From NCBI GenBank assembly GCA_951406725.2, contig OX597814.1, positions 95,480,001-95,544,000 on the forward strand: a stretch of DNA of 64,000 nt, written 5' to 3'. This document shows positions 52,801 through 61,975 of this stretch, one piece after another. Source of the DNA: Octopus vulgaris (lineage: Eukaryota). The notes below the pieces were generated by a model, which made no database searches, was not told the origin of the DNA, and saw nothing but the letters and a program-made list of their open reading frames with translations. The stretch's first letter is position 1. Each line of letters begins with the position of its first letter. The position numbers and the translations under genes are program-made.

Positions 52801-55800
52801 GTGAATAAGCTGACATGTGAAATATGAAGTCCCAGTCAACTTGATCTTCATAATTTGATTTTTCTTCCTGTATAGAGTCATACCAGCAGTAAACGTTCCA
52901 GTGTTTTTGTTTCCTTTTTAAACTTTGGACAGAGATTAACACTTGTTTTGAATGAAAAAAATTGTGCTCAGTCACTACTGGCAAATAAGTCTGGAAAGTG
53001 GCACACACAACTTTCAAATGCATTATAACAAAGTCAAACTTCAATTACAATTCAAGCCTTATAATACTCTAATTTGCAACATCACCAAACTATCAGATGT
53101 TACATATCACTGGTCACAATGCACTTTGCATCATTTTAGCTTTCAAATGATGCCACCTTACAGCTAGATAAGCCACCAACATTGCCCCTAATTGGAAGTT
53201 ACCCATTTACAGCTGAATGGACTGGAGCAATATGAAATAAATTATTTTACTCAAGAACACAATACACTGGCCAGGCTGGAAATTGAACCCACAATCACTA
53301 TATCATGAGTGCAATAATAAATAACTTCAAACACATTCTCTACAGTGAAAAATACAGCCAGAAGCAAAATCTCCACTTCCCTTTGAATTCATTTAAAACA
53401 TTCTCACTAGATTCAAACTACAGTTTCAATAAAGTCTTTTAGATCTTGATGAAAATGCAAAAGAATTTAAAATCTTTCAAAATCTATTCAACAGCATTAT
53501 TAGGATAAATTTTGGACCTGCCTATAATCACACCGCTCATCACTATACTTATCTCTATATCTCTCTTATCCATTATGAGACTTACATACGAAGAAGTGTC
53601 GGATTTGTTTGTACCTAATACACCTTAGCATAATGATTAGCAAAATGGAATGCTGTAAAAGACATACCCAGCCATTCATACACAGCAAAACAACTCAAAA
53701 CACTATCATCACCCCTTTTATCCTGTACTAGGTAGAGCTCCCTCCCAAGTCATATAGACTCAAAAGGCTGGTTTCCCGATTTCTGTAGTATATATATTTC
53801 CCATTGGATGGGAATCCGGTCTGTCACACAATTACTAATTTTTGCCAACTGAGCAGACTGGAACAACATGGAGTCTTTCGCTCTAGAACACAATGTATCA
53901 CCCACTCCAAGAATTGAAACCACAATCTTATGATCTTGAGCGCAACACCCTTAACTACTGAGCTCCATGCCTCCTTACCTTGTACTGCCAGTCATCATTT
54001 CCTATTCCAAGCCATTCATAATTGTTATCCACTTTCCTTTCTACCATCCTCTTGTGTCAGGCATTCTCTTTCTATTATCACACTTGTTCTCTCTCTCTGC
54101 TACTCACCATCTGAGCCAAACTGCCTTGAGTGAATGTTCACACCACAGAGTAGTAAGAACTTACATCTTTAGGGATACTGGGCAACTTCAATAGTGCTGG
54201 TGCCATGATAAAATGCACCCAGCACACTTCTGGGATGATTGCTGAACAAGCAGGGACAGCATAGGGGTGAGAGGAGCATTCAGTCTTGTCAAAGACATGA
54301 CGACTACTCCAGTGTCAATGCCAGCAGATGTGCTGGTACAACAAACACTCAGAATGTACAGAAAATAGACTCTTTCGAATGTCCAGAAGATCCTTAGTAG
54401 TAGATAGTTTGTTACCCAGGCAACCAAGTTAGCAGTGGAGGAGGAAACTCTGAAAGCATAGTTGCTAGAATAAGGGGCTGGGTAAAGTTCAGAGAGTTGC
54501 TACCTTTGTTTGTAACAAGGGCCTCTCCCTCAAAGAGGAAGGCAGATTGTATGATATCTGTGTGTGAACAGCTATACTAGATGGCAGCGAAACATGGGAT
54601 GTGACAATAAAGGACATGTTAAGGCTCGAAAGAAATGAAGCCAGTATGCTCCACTGAGTGGGTAATGTCAGAGTGCATGTATGACAGTGTAAATGATTTA
54701 AAAGAAAAACTAGATTTCAGAGGCATTAGATGTAGTGTGCAAGAAAGAAGACTGTACTGGTATGGTCATGTGATGCATATGGATGAGGACAGGTGCATGA
54801 AGGAGTGCTAAGTTCTAATTGTGGAAGGAACCTGTGGAAGGGGTAGACCCAGGAAGACATGGAACAAAATGGTAAGAAAGGATCTTCAGATATTGAGTCT
54901 CACTGAGATGACAAGGGATCAAGACTTCTGGCAATATGCTATGCTTGAGAAAACACATCAAGCTAAGTAAAATCATGGCCATCCATACATACAAGGATGG
55001 CCTTTACAGCCATAACTCCACCACCATCAACACATAATTCTGCTCTCTGGCAAAACTCACTCACAAACCATCTCCACAAAACCCACTGCAGTCCCTTCTA
55101 GTTCCTTTCAAAATCATTTGCTATCTAAATATCTCCTCTCATACTCTTATTGTACATCTCTTTTCCCTCTGTACTACTTATACTCCCTATCCCATTATTC
55201 ACTCTGAGTAGGCCCTCTCACTCACTCTGACTGTCTTTCTTTCACTCACTTTCCCCTGCTTCCTTGTCCTACTGGTGTAGCCAAATATCCCCTCTGTAGT
55301 AAGACAGCTATCCTTGTTCCTTTATCATATTCGAACTTCTTGCTTAGCACACAGTCACTTCTCTCGATTCCTCTCCTCTTAGCTGAAACTTCTTTGCCTT
55401 ACAAGCTACTCAGTGATCTTGTGGGTACTGGTGCCATGTAAAATGCACCTATGCCAGCATCATATAAAAATCACCCATGCCAGCACCACATAAAGGGCAT
55501 CCATGCCAGCATCACATGAGAAGCACCCATGCCAGTTCCACATAAAAAAGCAAGCATGCTAGTGCCAAGTAATAAAGCAACCAACCGTTCCAGCGCCAGA
55601 TAAAGAAGCACCTATATTGGCACCATGTAAAAAGCATCCAGTACACTCTGTAAAGTGGTTGGCATTAGGAAGGGCATCCAGCTGTAGAAACTATGCCAAA
55701 ACAAACAACTGGAGCCTGGTGCAACCCTCTGTCAAGCCATCGAACCCATACCAGCATGGAAAACAGACATTATACGAGGATGATGATGATGAGTACACAC

Positions 55801-57298
55801 CATTAAAAAGGGTAACCAACCATAGAAACCAAGCTAAAAAATGTAGGAGAACAATAACTTCTACTAAAGGCTTGAACCACAACAACCCAACTAAACCATA
55901 CAGCATGGTAAGTGGATATAAAATGATGATGGTGAGTTTAATTAGAGTAATATTAATGTTTTCTTTTTGGATTAATTAAAAAAAAAAAAAACTACACATT
56001 GATATCAAATATTATTTTCAGGTTTTTCTTTCACTCAGAAATAATTTTTAGAAAATAAATCCAGTGCATACCTCTCTCTCTCTCGCTCGCAAATTGAAAT
56101 GCATAGAGATTTTTTTTTTTTTAGTGTCTTCATTCATTTAATTTGCTACATAATAAACATTTTTGTAATTGAATTGCTCTTACCCTTTTCTTAAACTGTC
56201 ACTACTCTCTGATCCAGCATCATTTGCAGCTTGAAGACAGTTTGTTTCACTGGTTTGGATGCAGATGTCTTTTTGATGAACACGAAGGTTTCTCTCAGTT
56301 AAAAGACATTCCTCCTTTGGAGAACAATTAATATTGTTGGCAGACATTGCGAATGGTTTAGTTCCTGGCAAACATTTCTCAGGCTTATAAGCTATATTAT
56401 AATAAACAGTTTGTCCAAATGTGTAGATCTTTTTTTTCTGTAAGAAACTATTATCACTCTGAATAGAATGGTTTTCATTAGCAAGCAATTGTCGACTTTC
56501 AACATAGGAAACAGCAGGACTATAACTCAAATTTCTCACATTTAAAGATATATCAGGAATTTTGGTGAAGCCACAACCAGGCTTAGGAATTGAAGAAATA
56601 TGCTTATTAACAGAAGTTAAAATCTGGACAGAAGATGTTGATATTGTAGAGAGAAAAGCAGATTGTTTAGAAAAAGAACTTGATGTAATTTGTTGGAGTT
56701 CCTTGGAAGAGCTGCAAGTTATTTCTGATTTATTACATTTACTAAGAGGATACTTTTCAGGAACATCATTACTTGCACTAGGATTCTTTAAAGTAAGGCT
56801 TTGTGGTTTAAGAAAAAAATTGACATTTGTAGGAAAACTACTACTGGCTGCCATTGTTGATGGAATTGGATCTGGATGGCTTTTAGTTGGATAAGTTCGG
56901 GAGGAAGACAAGCTTGAATTAGATTCTGACATATACAGACCAAAATCTTTAGCACTGAGTGGTCGGGAATAGGGACTGGACGGTATAGATTTTTTGTTAA
57001 CTAAAGAGTCACAGGTTTTGGAATGTAAACTATCTTGCGAGGTAGAAAATCGTTGGTTATGGTAAATGTATTTGGACATTTGGGTAATTGATAAGGGATG
57101 ATGTGTATTGTTTCTAAGACAGTTTTCTCTAAAAACATGGCAATCAGACAAGGGATAACTTGGGCCATTTCGATGAAGAGAACTTTCAAAGGAAGCTTTT
57201 AACCAACATGGAAATGTTTGTTGCTGTGCATTAAATTGCTTTTTAATGGAAACCTCATCTAATCCAGAAGTAATTTTGCTTAAGTCAGGTCCATTCAT
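23836..57298 (-). CDS. TTLL4: Tubulin monoglutamylase/polyglutamylase TTLL4, 17 coding exons, about 995 aa
   Basis: Exons (5'->3') 57298-56184, 49292-49204, 48262-48080, 47818-47708, 44691-44615, 43569-43375, 40115-40033, 39941-39813, 38620-38501, 36621-36523, 34957-34823, 33708-33577, 31102-30988, 28978-28768, 26646-26573, 25777-25662, 23839-23836 sum to 2988 nt and are phase-consistent. TTL-domain motifs: [72 protein letters not shown]. ASARG and EVNISPS match TTLL4 rather than TTLL5 or TTLL6. Confidence 0.92.
24233..24538. mobile_element. hAT (Charlie-like) MITE
   Basis: TIRs CAGAGGTTCTCAACC / GGTTGACAACCACTG with a perfect 8-bp TSD ATCTAACT (24225-24232, 24539-24546). Confidence 0.88.
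24851..25372 (-). mobile_element. Penelope-type pLTR-like insert with a 49-bp inverted repeat (24851-24899 / 25154-25202)
   Basis: Contains the hammerhead, is bounded by (TA)n, and splits a SINE into head (24675-24850) and tail (about 25420-25625). Confidence 0.55.
24991..25119 (-). ncRNA. Type I hammerhead ribozyme with long helix II, in last TTLL4 intron (sense)
   Basis: ATAATCT-CTGATGA-AGCC...GGCT-GAAA-CAGCT-GTA-AGTTAT; core intact, palindromic helix III ACAGCTGT. Confidence 0.7.
25662..25777 (-). CDS. TTLL4: TTLL4 penultimate coding exon
   Basis: cacag|WVLPQSVCNFHATKTPSPISKTQQKKTVEKSVEKTEKT(R)|gtgagg. Confidence 0.8.
26573..26646 (-). CDS. TTLL4: TTLL4 exon
   Basis: cag|(G)LSLLKSHCETNIHLQNPTLDIKHQ|gtaata. 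Confidence 0.85.
28768..28978 (-). CDS. TTLL4: TTLL4 exon
   Basis: tag|QIQETILDILTPYDIRTLILTLDEEKRCGNFERIFP...FFEQPRYSNLLLDQW...TQ(G)|gtaaag. Confidence 0.92.
29200..30545 (+). mobile_element. Decayed CR1/L2/Jockey-group LINE RT fragment
   Basis: ALDINKAFDHV at about 29592 and SGVLQGSVLSP at about 29755; frameshifted. Confidence 0.8.
30988..31102 (-). CDS. TTLL4: TTLL4 exon
   Basis: tag|GQYKPPNKLCLDKRLYSTCISTDEKSKHSYYSQHRLDL|gtgagg. Confidence 0.87.
32294..33180 (-). mobile_element. RTE LINE fragment
   Basis: SFRYLGDQVSIGGGCSESIAARIKVGWAKFRELLPLL plus the same 3' tail. Confidence 0.85.
33577..33708 (-). CDS. TTLL4: TTLL4 exon
   Basis: cag|LHSNTPLDVSIKEPMVCDVLNIAGFHLPAKDDLVSNVVNNHLE(N)|gtaagt. 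Confidence 0.88.
34823..34957 (-). CDS. TTLL4: TTLL4 exon (catalytic EVN)
   Basis: cag|[44 protein letters not shown](S)|gtaagt. Confidence 0.94.
36523..36621 (-). CDS. TTLL4: TTLL4 exon
   Basis: tag|SLKALWSYLKKQGINSQPIWESIKDIIIKTIV(S)|gtatgt. Confidence 0.92.
36647..37027 (-). mobile_element. Non-autonomous Helitron (381 bp)
   Basis: Minus strand A|TC... 5' end; GC-rich subterminal hairpin-like CCTGAGCAACGCCGGG; 3' CTAG|T; no TSD. Confidence 0.8.
38501..38620 (-). CDS. TTLL4: TTLL4 exon
   Basis: tag|[39 protein letters not shown](W)|gtttgt. Confidence 0.93.
39813..39941 (-). CDS. TTLL4: TTLL4 exon
   Basis: tag|[42 protein letters not shown](K)|gtaagt. Confidence 0.94.
40033..40115 (-). 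CDS. TTLL4: TTLL4 exon
   Basis: cag|[27 protein letters not shown](R)|gtaaat. Confidence 0.93.
43375..43569 (-). CDS. TTLL4: TTLL4 exon
   Basis: cag|[20 protein letters not shown]...FFPQTFILP...KWIIKP|gtaagt. Confidence 0.94.
44615..44691 (-). CDS. TTLL4: TTLL4 exon
   Basis: cag|KHYDWIGCFGKHMKSQAFRVLRDFQK|gtaaga. Confidence 0.92.
45107..46288 (+). CDS. Penelope-like RT(partial)/GIY-YIG polyprotein fragment
   Basis: 393-aa ORF; GIY-YIG motif IYQC-X-FYIG; RT motif FLDI. Confidence 0.85.
   Translation: MGLKIVFDDDLMKANFLDITLNLHSDSYFPYHEPLTNLKYISKFSNHPGAITKNLVKNISFRLSKLSANVDIFNNNAEFYNSASIKAGYTEKIFYIDSAQSNCKFNNVDKISSRKRIIDNKHNLRTDTERMKADNPYLFPYYRSKSKYNTFKSNYAMNTSKNIWLIIPYGRQIKSNLPLLFRQAIARNFPNNSRYYSIINSHKVRIGFSNTKNLLQIISSHNNKLLNINTFTNTNINLATTIQPSRNINNKVIVSEVNPNRIKFMSSNSKIKNSIYQCIISTRNKVRFYIGSTSLELSKRISIHYSTFRDRNKRNSTGLSKLIWYLKDHNEQFHLEWLILSISIPYDKGKKFCLLCNSELFFIIFSKNTLVNTVIERAYRCKHWQKHTFSAYK
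46489..46575 (+). ncRNA. Type I hammerhead ribozyme-like fold in PLE 3' region (U4C core variant)
   Basis: ACTTTC-CCGAAGA-[stem II]-GAAA-TATAT-GTA-GAAAGT; perfect 6-bp stem I. Confidence 0.65.
47708..47818 (-). CDS. TTLL4: TTLL4 exon
   Basis: cag|VESLSLEMNRLLRWRLSPITPLVVKSALVRARFKLTN|gtaaga. Confidence 0.9.
48080..48262 (-). CDS. TTLL4: TTLL4 exon
   Basis: tag|..YEVSSCSLLSK...ALTPSLFLNVPPTINFVYSGCK|gtacag. Confidence 0.87.
49204..49292 (-). CDS. TTLL4: TTLL4 exon (acidic)
   Basis: aag|(G)LLGDGDTTTINSEGESDDSLTEESVSDYE(E)|gtaaat. Confidence 0.8.
51016..52900. repeat. Near-identical inverted/direct duplication mosaic of 52363-52900
   Basis: 51016-51445 = revcomp of 52363-52790; 51445-51603 = revcomp of 52742-52900; 51601-51700 = direct copy of 52417-52516. 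Confidence 0.92.
51788..52198 (+). mobile_element. Full-length young tRNA-derived SINE (family 1)
   Basis: A-box TGGATGTGTGG, B-box GGTTCAGTCCC, central (TA)n(TG)n and GAGTAAA tail. Older copies lie at about 1620-1925 (two heads), 15130, 24675, 27195-27550, 30680(-), 31580(-) and 38750. Confidence 0.85.
54440..55791 (+). mobile_element. RTE LINE 3' portion (decayed RT end, 3'UTR minisatellite, GAT tail)
   Basis: GWVKFRELLP, WYGHVMHMDED and CGRGRPRKTW; tail at 55630-55791 is shared with the other copies. Confidence 0.8.
55428..55640 (+). repeat. About 26-bp degenerate minisatellite (GCACCACATAAAAAGCACCCATGCCA-like), roughly 7-8 units
   Basis: Repeated ATGCCAGC / TAAAAAGCACC units, read directly. 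Confidence 0.7.
56184..57298 (-). CDS. TTLL4: TTLL4 first coding exon (large Ser-rich N-terminus)
   Basis: 371-codon open frame from GCCATG (MNGPDLSK...), with an in-frame TAA upstream. Acceptor ttcag at 57366-57370; donor GG|gtaaga is phase 2 and matches the next exon. Confidence 0.85.
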
Positions 57299-57360
57299 GG
57301 CCAACAATATTGCTGTTGGTTAAGTTCACTAAGTGTCATAAGCCTGTTCATTCCCACCAT
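57295..57360 (-). other. uORF (21 aa, MVGMNRLMTLSELNQQQYCWP*) overlapping the TTLL4 start codon
   Basis: AAGTATGG in strong Kozak context, 5 nt into the exon; its TGA overlaps the main ATG in GCC-ATGA. Confidence 0.6.
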
Positions 57361-59009
57361 ACTTCCTGAAATAAGAGAGAGAAAAAAATTTGATTACAAA
57401 TAAATACAAAAACAAGCAATTTAAACCCATCTGAGACTCTCCCTGTTCTAAAATACAAACATCCTAAAACCTCATGTTTAATATTCTGAACACCAGCTTA
57501 ATAACTGAATTATTTTACTAAATCTGTCATTAATATAGGGGAAAAAAAACCAAGGCAGTGTATTTCAACAGATTCAGCTTTGATCATATAATGCTTAAAA
57601 TACCAGGTCTCAAGAAAATCAAGAAAGCTAAAACCAAATATTAATGGTTGTAGAAATTTGCAGCGTGAAAGAAATCTTACTTGTCCCATACATTTGGGCT
57701 CACACTTAGTCCATTCCTTTTAAATTTTGTAATCGTTTCAAACAAAGAACTGAAATTTTTAGCTCAGAATTATGTATAACTGCTACCAGTACATAAATTT
57801 GAAATCGTTTTATGAAGTCTCACTTTGAATGTATTGGGGGATATGTCCAGATTTGATTTAACAATTAATATTCTCTTAGAGACTATGCCCTTTTTTAAGC
57901 AGCTGGTATTAAGTGGAGAGGTTCGGCAAACTCTTCCTTTACACGTTATAATAGGTAATTATGTGAGCCATTGCTATATTTAATGCCAGGTTTTGCAAAA
58001 TTCCTAAAACCTTTAGCACTCAGATTACTCTGTCGTGTGTCATGTTTATTTATTCCCATTGTTTTGAGATATAGATAATGAGGTTATCTATTTTAAGAAT
58101 GACATTGCAAGGTAGGTGTGAGGCCAGATCTGGCCAGTTTGAACATAAAACAGGTAGAATATTTTAGGTAAATATGGCTGGTTTAAACATATCTCACTTT
58201 TCCTGTTTCTGTTGATTAGATATTCAGCTTACCAATAAACTTTGCTTTCAAGAGAGAGAAACTTTTCATGTTATTGGCCTTTTGCACATTTCTGAGGATT
58301 GCTGTTCTTTTATATTTGTTTTCTGGATTTTTATGAAATGTCTTATATTCTATAAAATTTCTTTCCTTGCAGGATATTTCTAGAATCTGGATTTTTGGTT
58401 CTTCATTTTACATCCAGTTTTCTATCCTTACTTGGGTTGGACAAGTCCTCTTCCAAGATTACATCCCACCATGTTGTCTTCCTTTGTCAACTCCTCCCTG
58501 CAATTAGCTTTAACTACTTCTGTTTGTCTTCCTCTTCCACTGGTTCTTTCTACATGCATCTTTTTGGCTCTTTAGTCATCTGTATTCATCCATATGCATT
58601 ACATGAATACTCTGAATGTTATGTTTATGAAGAAAATATTTATACGACTTCCTGTATTTCTTGTAATTTCATGTTCTATCAGTTTTTGATATATTCAACT
58701 CATTACTTGTGGAAGAATTTTGTAAAGTCTAATTTTGTAAACATCATGTTCCTTTGCCATTTTCAATTGCAACAATCTTGTGATAGTTGTCTAATAATTG
58801 GGAAAGGCACAATGTTTTCCTGAAAATCATACTGGTTATTTTTGAGTTTATCAAATTTAATAATTCACAAGTTGCTTTTTCTGAATACTTTCAGAAATTT
58901 TTGTAAAAGATGTCCATCAATTTTCTGGAATAATATTCACTTTCAGTTTTATTGTTTTGTTTACATTATTTACATTTGACAGATATTTGTCCTCATCTTG
59001 TTTGTTGTT

Positions 59010-59052
59010 AACATGTTTCGGCTAATATACTCTCCAGCCTTCATCAGGTGTC
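59010..59052 (-). ncRNA. Degenerate hammerhead-like motif in repeat (about 58950-59095)
   Basis: GACAC-CTGATGA-AGGCT..AGCC-GAAA-CATGT-T; the 3' arm of stem I does not pair in this copy. Confidence 0.4.
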
Positions 59053-60114
59053 TTGGGGAAATTTCAAACGTGGGTTCTCATTCCTCAGGTATTGCCTTAG
59101 CCTTTCATCTTTCTAGAGTTGATAAAATGAATACCAGCCAAATACTAGAATCAGTATAATCAAATCAGAATTCCTCTTCAAAAGAATCTGGTGATTTGTG
59201 TATTAATTATTCTTAGCTTCCCTACTTTGCAGATTCTTGTACTCTTTCAACTAGACTGTCTATATTTACTTCTAACATGGTCACAAGGCTTCAGATAAAA
59301 TTGGTGTCTTTAAATAATTTGTCATCCATTTCAAAGATTACATCAACATATAATTTTGAATAAGGTACTCTGTGCATATAAGACAGCACCAGTTCTTCCA
59401 GCTGGCACTAAAATGCTTAATTATTATGCTGTCATACACATAATTATACTGAAATCTGATAACTTGCCCAAAATATAGCTTTCTTTAGAAAAAGGTGTTT
59501 TTGCAAAAACAATTTCTTGCGACAAACTCTCTTTCAGTATATCTTCATAGATATCTATCTGCATAAGTGTCTCCAGTGAGTTTTGTATCATCGCCTCCAC
59601 TACGACAAAGTCGAATACGATGAAGAAAAACCATAATTTTACAGAAAAGTAATTGTATCTCCTAGTTTTGCTGTTATTAACATTCGAAACACTTGGGTAG
59701 TTATATTTGTTGGATCCAAGCTGGGTGGTTTATAGGATTTAGTTCACATACTATTGTCACTTCAGTCCATTAATAGTTATGTTACCAGAAGAGCCTTGGA
59801 GACGAAGCCATATTCGTGTTACTTCCTTATGTACAAGTATAATTGATTCTATTGGCTAAACCTAACAAAGGAAATCATTATCTAACGATTAATTTCGTAC
59901 GATATGCACCAAGAGTTTTGACCGAGTCCGATTCAGTTAAGGAATTACAGGAGTTTTATCAAAGGCTGTACATTTCCCCTCTTTGGTGCACAAACAGATT
60001 CATTCTAAAAACTTTTACTGAACTTACATGTGTCGATGACCAAATCTTCATTATTCTACGCTGCCTGATTTAAGGAAATTCACATATACTCCTTTTGGAA
60101 TCACACACACACTA

Positions 60115-60161
<47 letters not shown>

Positions 60162-61376
60162 CTTTAGTCTAATTCTGAAGTCAGTGAGCTAATGTGCGAA
60201 TAACTGCTGTAGGATCTTAACCCTGAATTTTTGCCGTCTTAGACCTCCGAAATAAAACTACTTTTGATTATTAATAGTATACATTTTTAAACACAACTAA
60301 CGACTTTTAACAAAGAAAATAATCGATAAATATAGCTTAGTCTAGCAATTGTACAGTCAGTTCAGTTATGCAAGTCATCTTACAAGCAATGTTCTTTGTT
60401 TCCAGTTTTCCATGAAAACAAACAAAAAAATCCTTTACAAAAATTGTAATAGTAATAAGTGACAAAAAATGCTTTATCTAGTACGAGAAATATATAAAAA
60501 AAAGGTTAGAGTTAAGTTTCGATATAGGAATGTGAGAAAATACTTTGAAAGTAAGGCAGCAACCTGTTGAACAAATCAGCTGAGTTGAGTGTCGCAATGA
60601 CTATCTATGGTAGTCAACATTTACCGTAGTTTGGGCTTCTAAGAAACATACCATATTTCACGTTACAAACAAAAATTTGAATAATAAAGTTCATGAAACC
60701 GTGGGGAGATGTTGTAAATATTGAATCGACACCTATTAAGAAAACCGAAAGCAAATAATGATGAATTATAAGATACATAGATATGTGTATATACGATTCT
60801 GCCATGTGGCAAGAGTCGGAAAGGAAAAAGACGCCGCTAAAACAAAATCGATTTATAACGAACAGGGTTTGGGTTTCTATTTTTTAAGATATTTATACGT
60901 GTCTTTCTTGTTTAAGTTAAAAAAAGACTTACATTTGATGACGAAGTATTGACAATTTACCAAATTGTCAGAAAGGCGACGAAACACATCTATATATATA
61001 TAAATATATGTATTTTTTATACTAGTGACAATATCAACTGCTGCTTCTCTGAATTTTTGTTTTTCATTTTCCCCTAAGAGCGATATACAAATTCCACCAG
61101 ACAAATGACAGCACGTGGTAAGCACGTAAATAAGCATCACAAGTTCGATTCATGCATGATGTAACGCAAATTTATAGCACGTTTAGTAAAATGAAATACA
61201 AGACAGTAAATCGTTATCACAGTTTAATGAAAGTATTTGTGAACTTAAAAAGGAAATACGTAACTGGTAAATCATGACTATAACATTATTCTACAAAATA
61301 TAAGCACTGGTAATAAAACAGTAAACTAAATTCGCATAGAATTTATGATGTAATACTATGACATAAAATACCTTAC

Positions 61377-61520
61377 CTTCAGCGGCCACACCAACAAATC
61401 AACGCTGCTAAGATACGTCCTGATAGTGAATAAAAACTTGAACCAATTGAAAACGCAGTCACATCACGAACCTCCAATCAACGCCAATGTGACATTTTCA
61501 TTCGAAATTAGCGCCAAAGC
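61377..61520. promoter_or_regulatory. Probable TTLL4 non-coding exon 1 and compact (bidirectional) promoter
   Basis: Minus-strand donor GAAG|gtaagg at 61377/61376; CCAAT at 61443, 61474 and 61484; TTTGGCGC (E2F consensus, - strand) at 61511-61518; CpG visibly enriched at about 60500-62100 compared with the introns. Confidence 0.5.
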
Positions 61521-61975
61521 ATGAAAGGCGAAGGGAGTCTACTCTCAGTATGTTGATTTTGTTCACTAAGAACGAAAAGCAATTTTGTAAGAAGAAAGAT
61601 TATAATTAATTCGTTCGATTCCTGACTCTTTGTTTTATCGAATCTGAAACTTGAAAAGTAGACGGCTATCTCTGTAGAGTGTTAGCTCGACAGTACTGCA
61701 TACATTCACGTATATGTTGACATGTTAGCCCTAGCTTTCTCTTTTACTTTTACAATGTAAAATATATTTCGTTCGATTGACAGAAATGTACATATCGAGA
61801 ATATATATATACACGCGCGCACACAGACACATTGGAATCCGAAGAAAATTTTGATTATAAAATGAAGGGCAGCATGTGTATTCGACACATACGCATATAT
61901 AATAAGATGACTTGATTTATTTGAAATTCTCTGCTTCCATAGACAAGAGCAAACACTTATGGTTGGTACCAACAA
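61521..61975 (+). CDS. Candidate 5' end of an unidentified divergent gene: micro-exons 61521-61547 and 61943-61975
   Basis: agcATG...MKGEGSLLS|gtatgt, then ttctctgcttccatag|TRANTYGWYQQ|gtaagg; both phase 0 and open. No family recognised. Confidence 0.4.

Noticed and set aside
55428-55640. CRISPR-like periodic repeat
   Set aside because: Degenerate tandem units without unique spacers, eukaryotic context, no cas genes.
56562-56894. 110-aa plus-strand ORF
   Set aside because: Antisense shadow of the large TTLL4 exon.
58200-59560. Possible decayed LINE/PLE coding remnant
   Set aside because: Strand-biased composition only; no diagnostic motif could be read.
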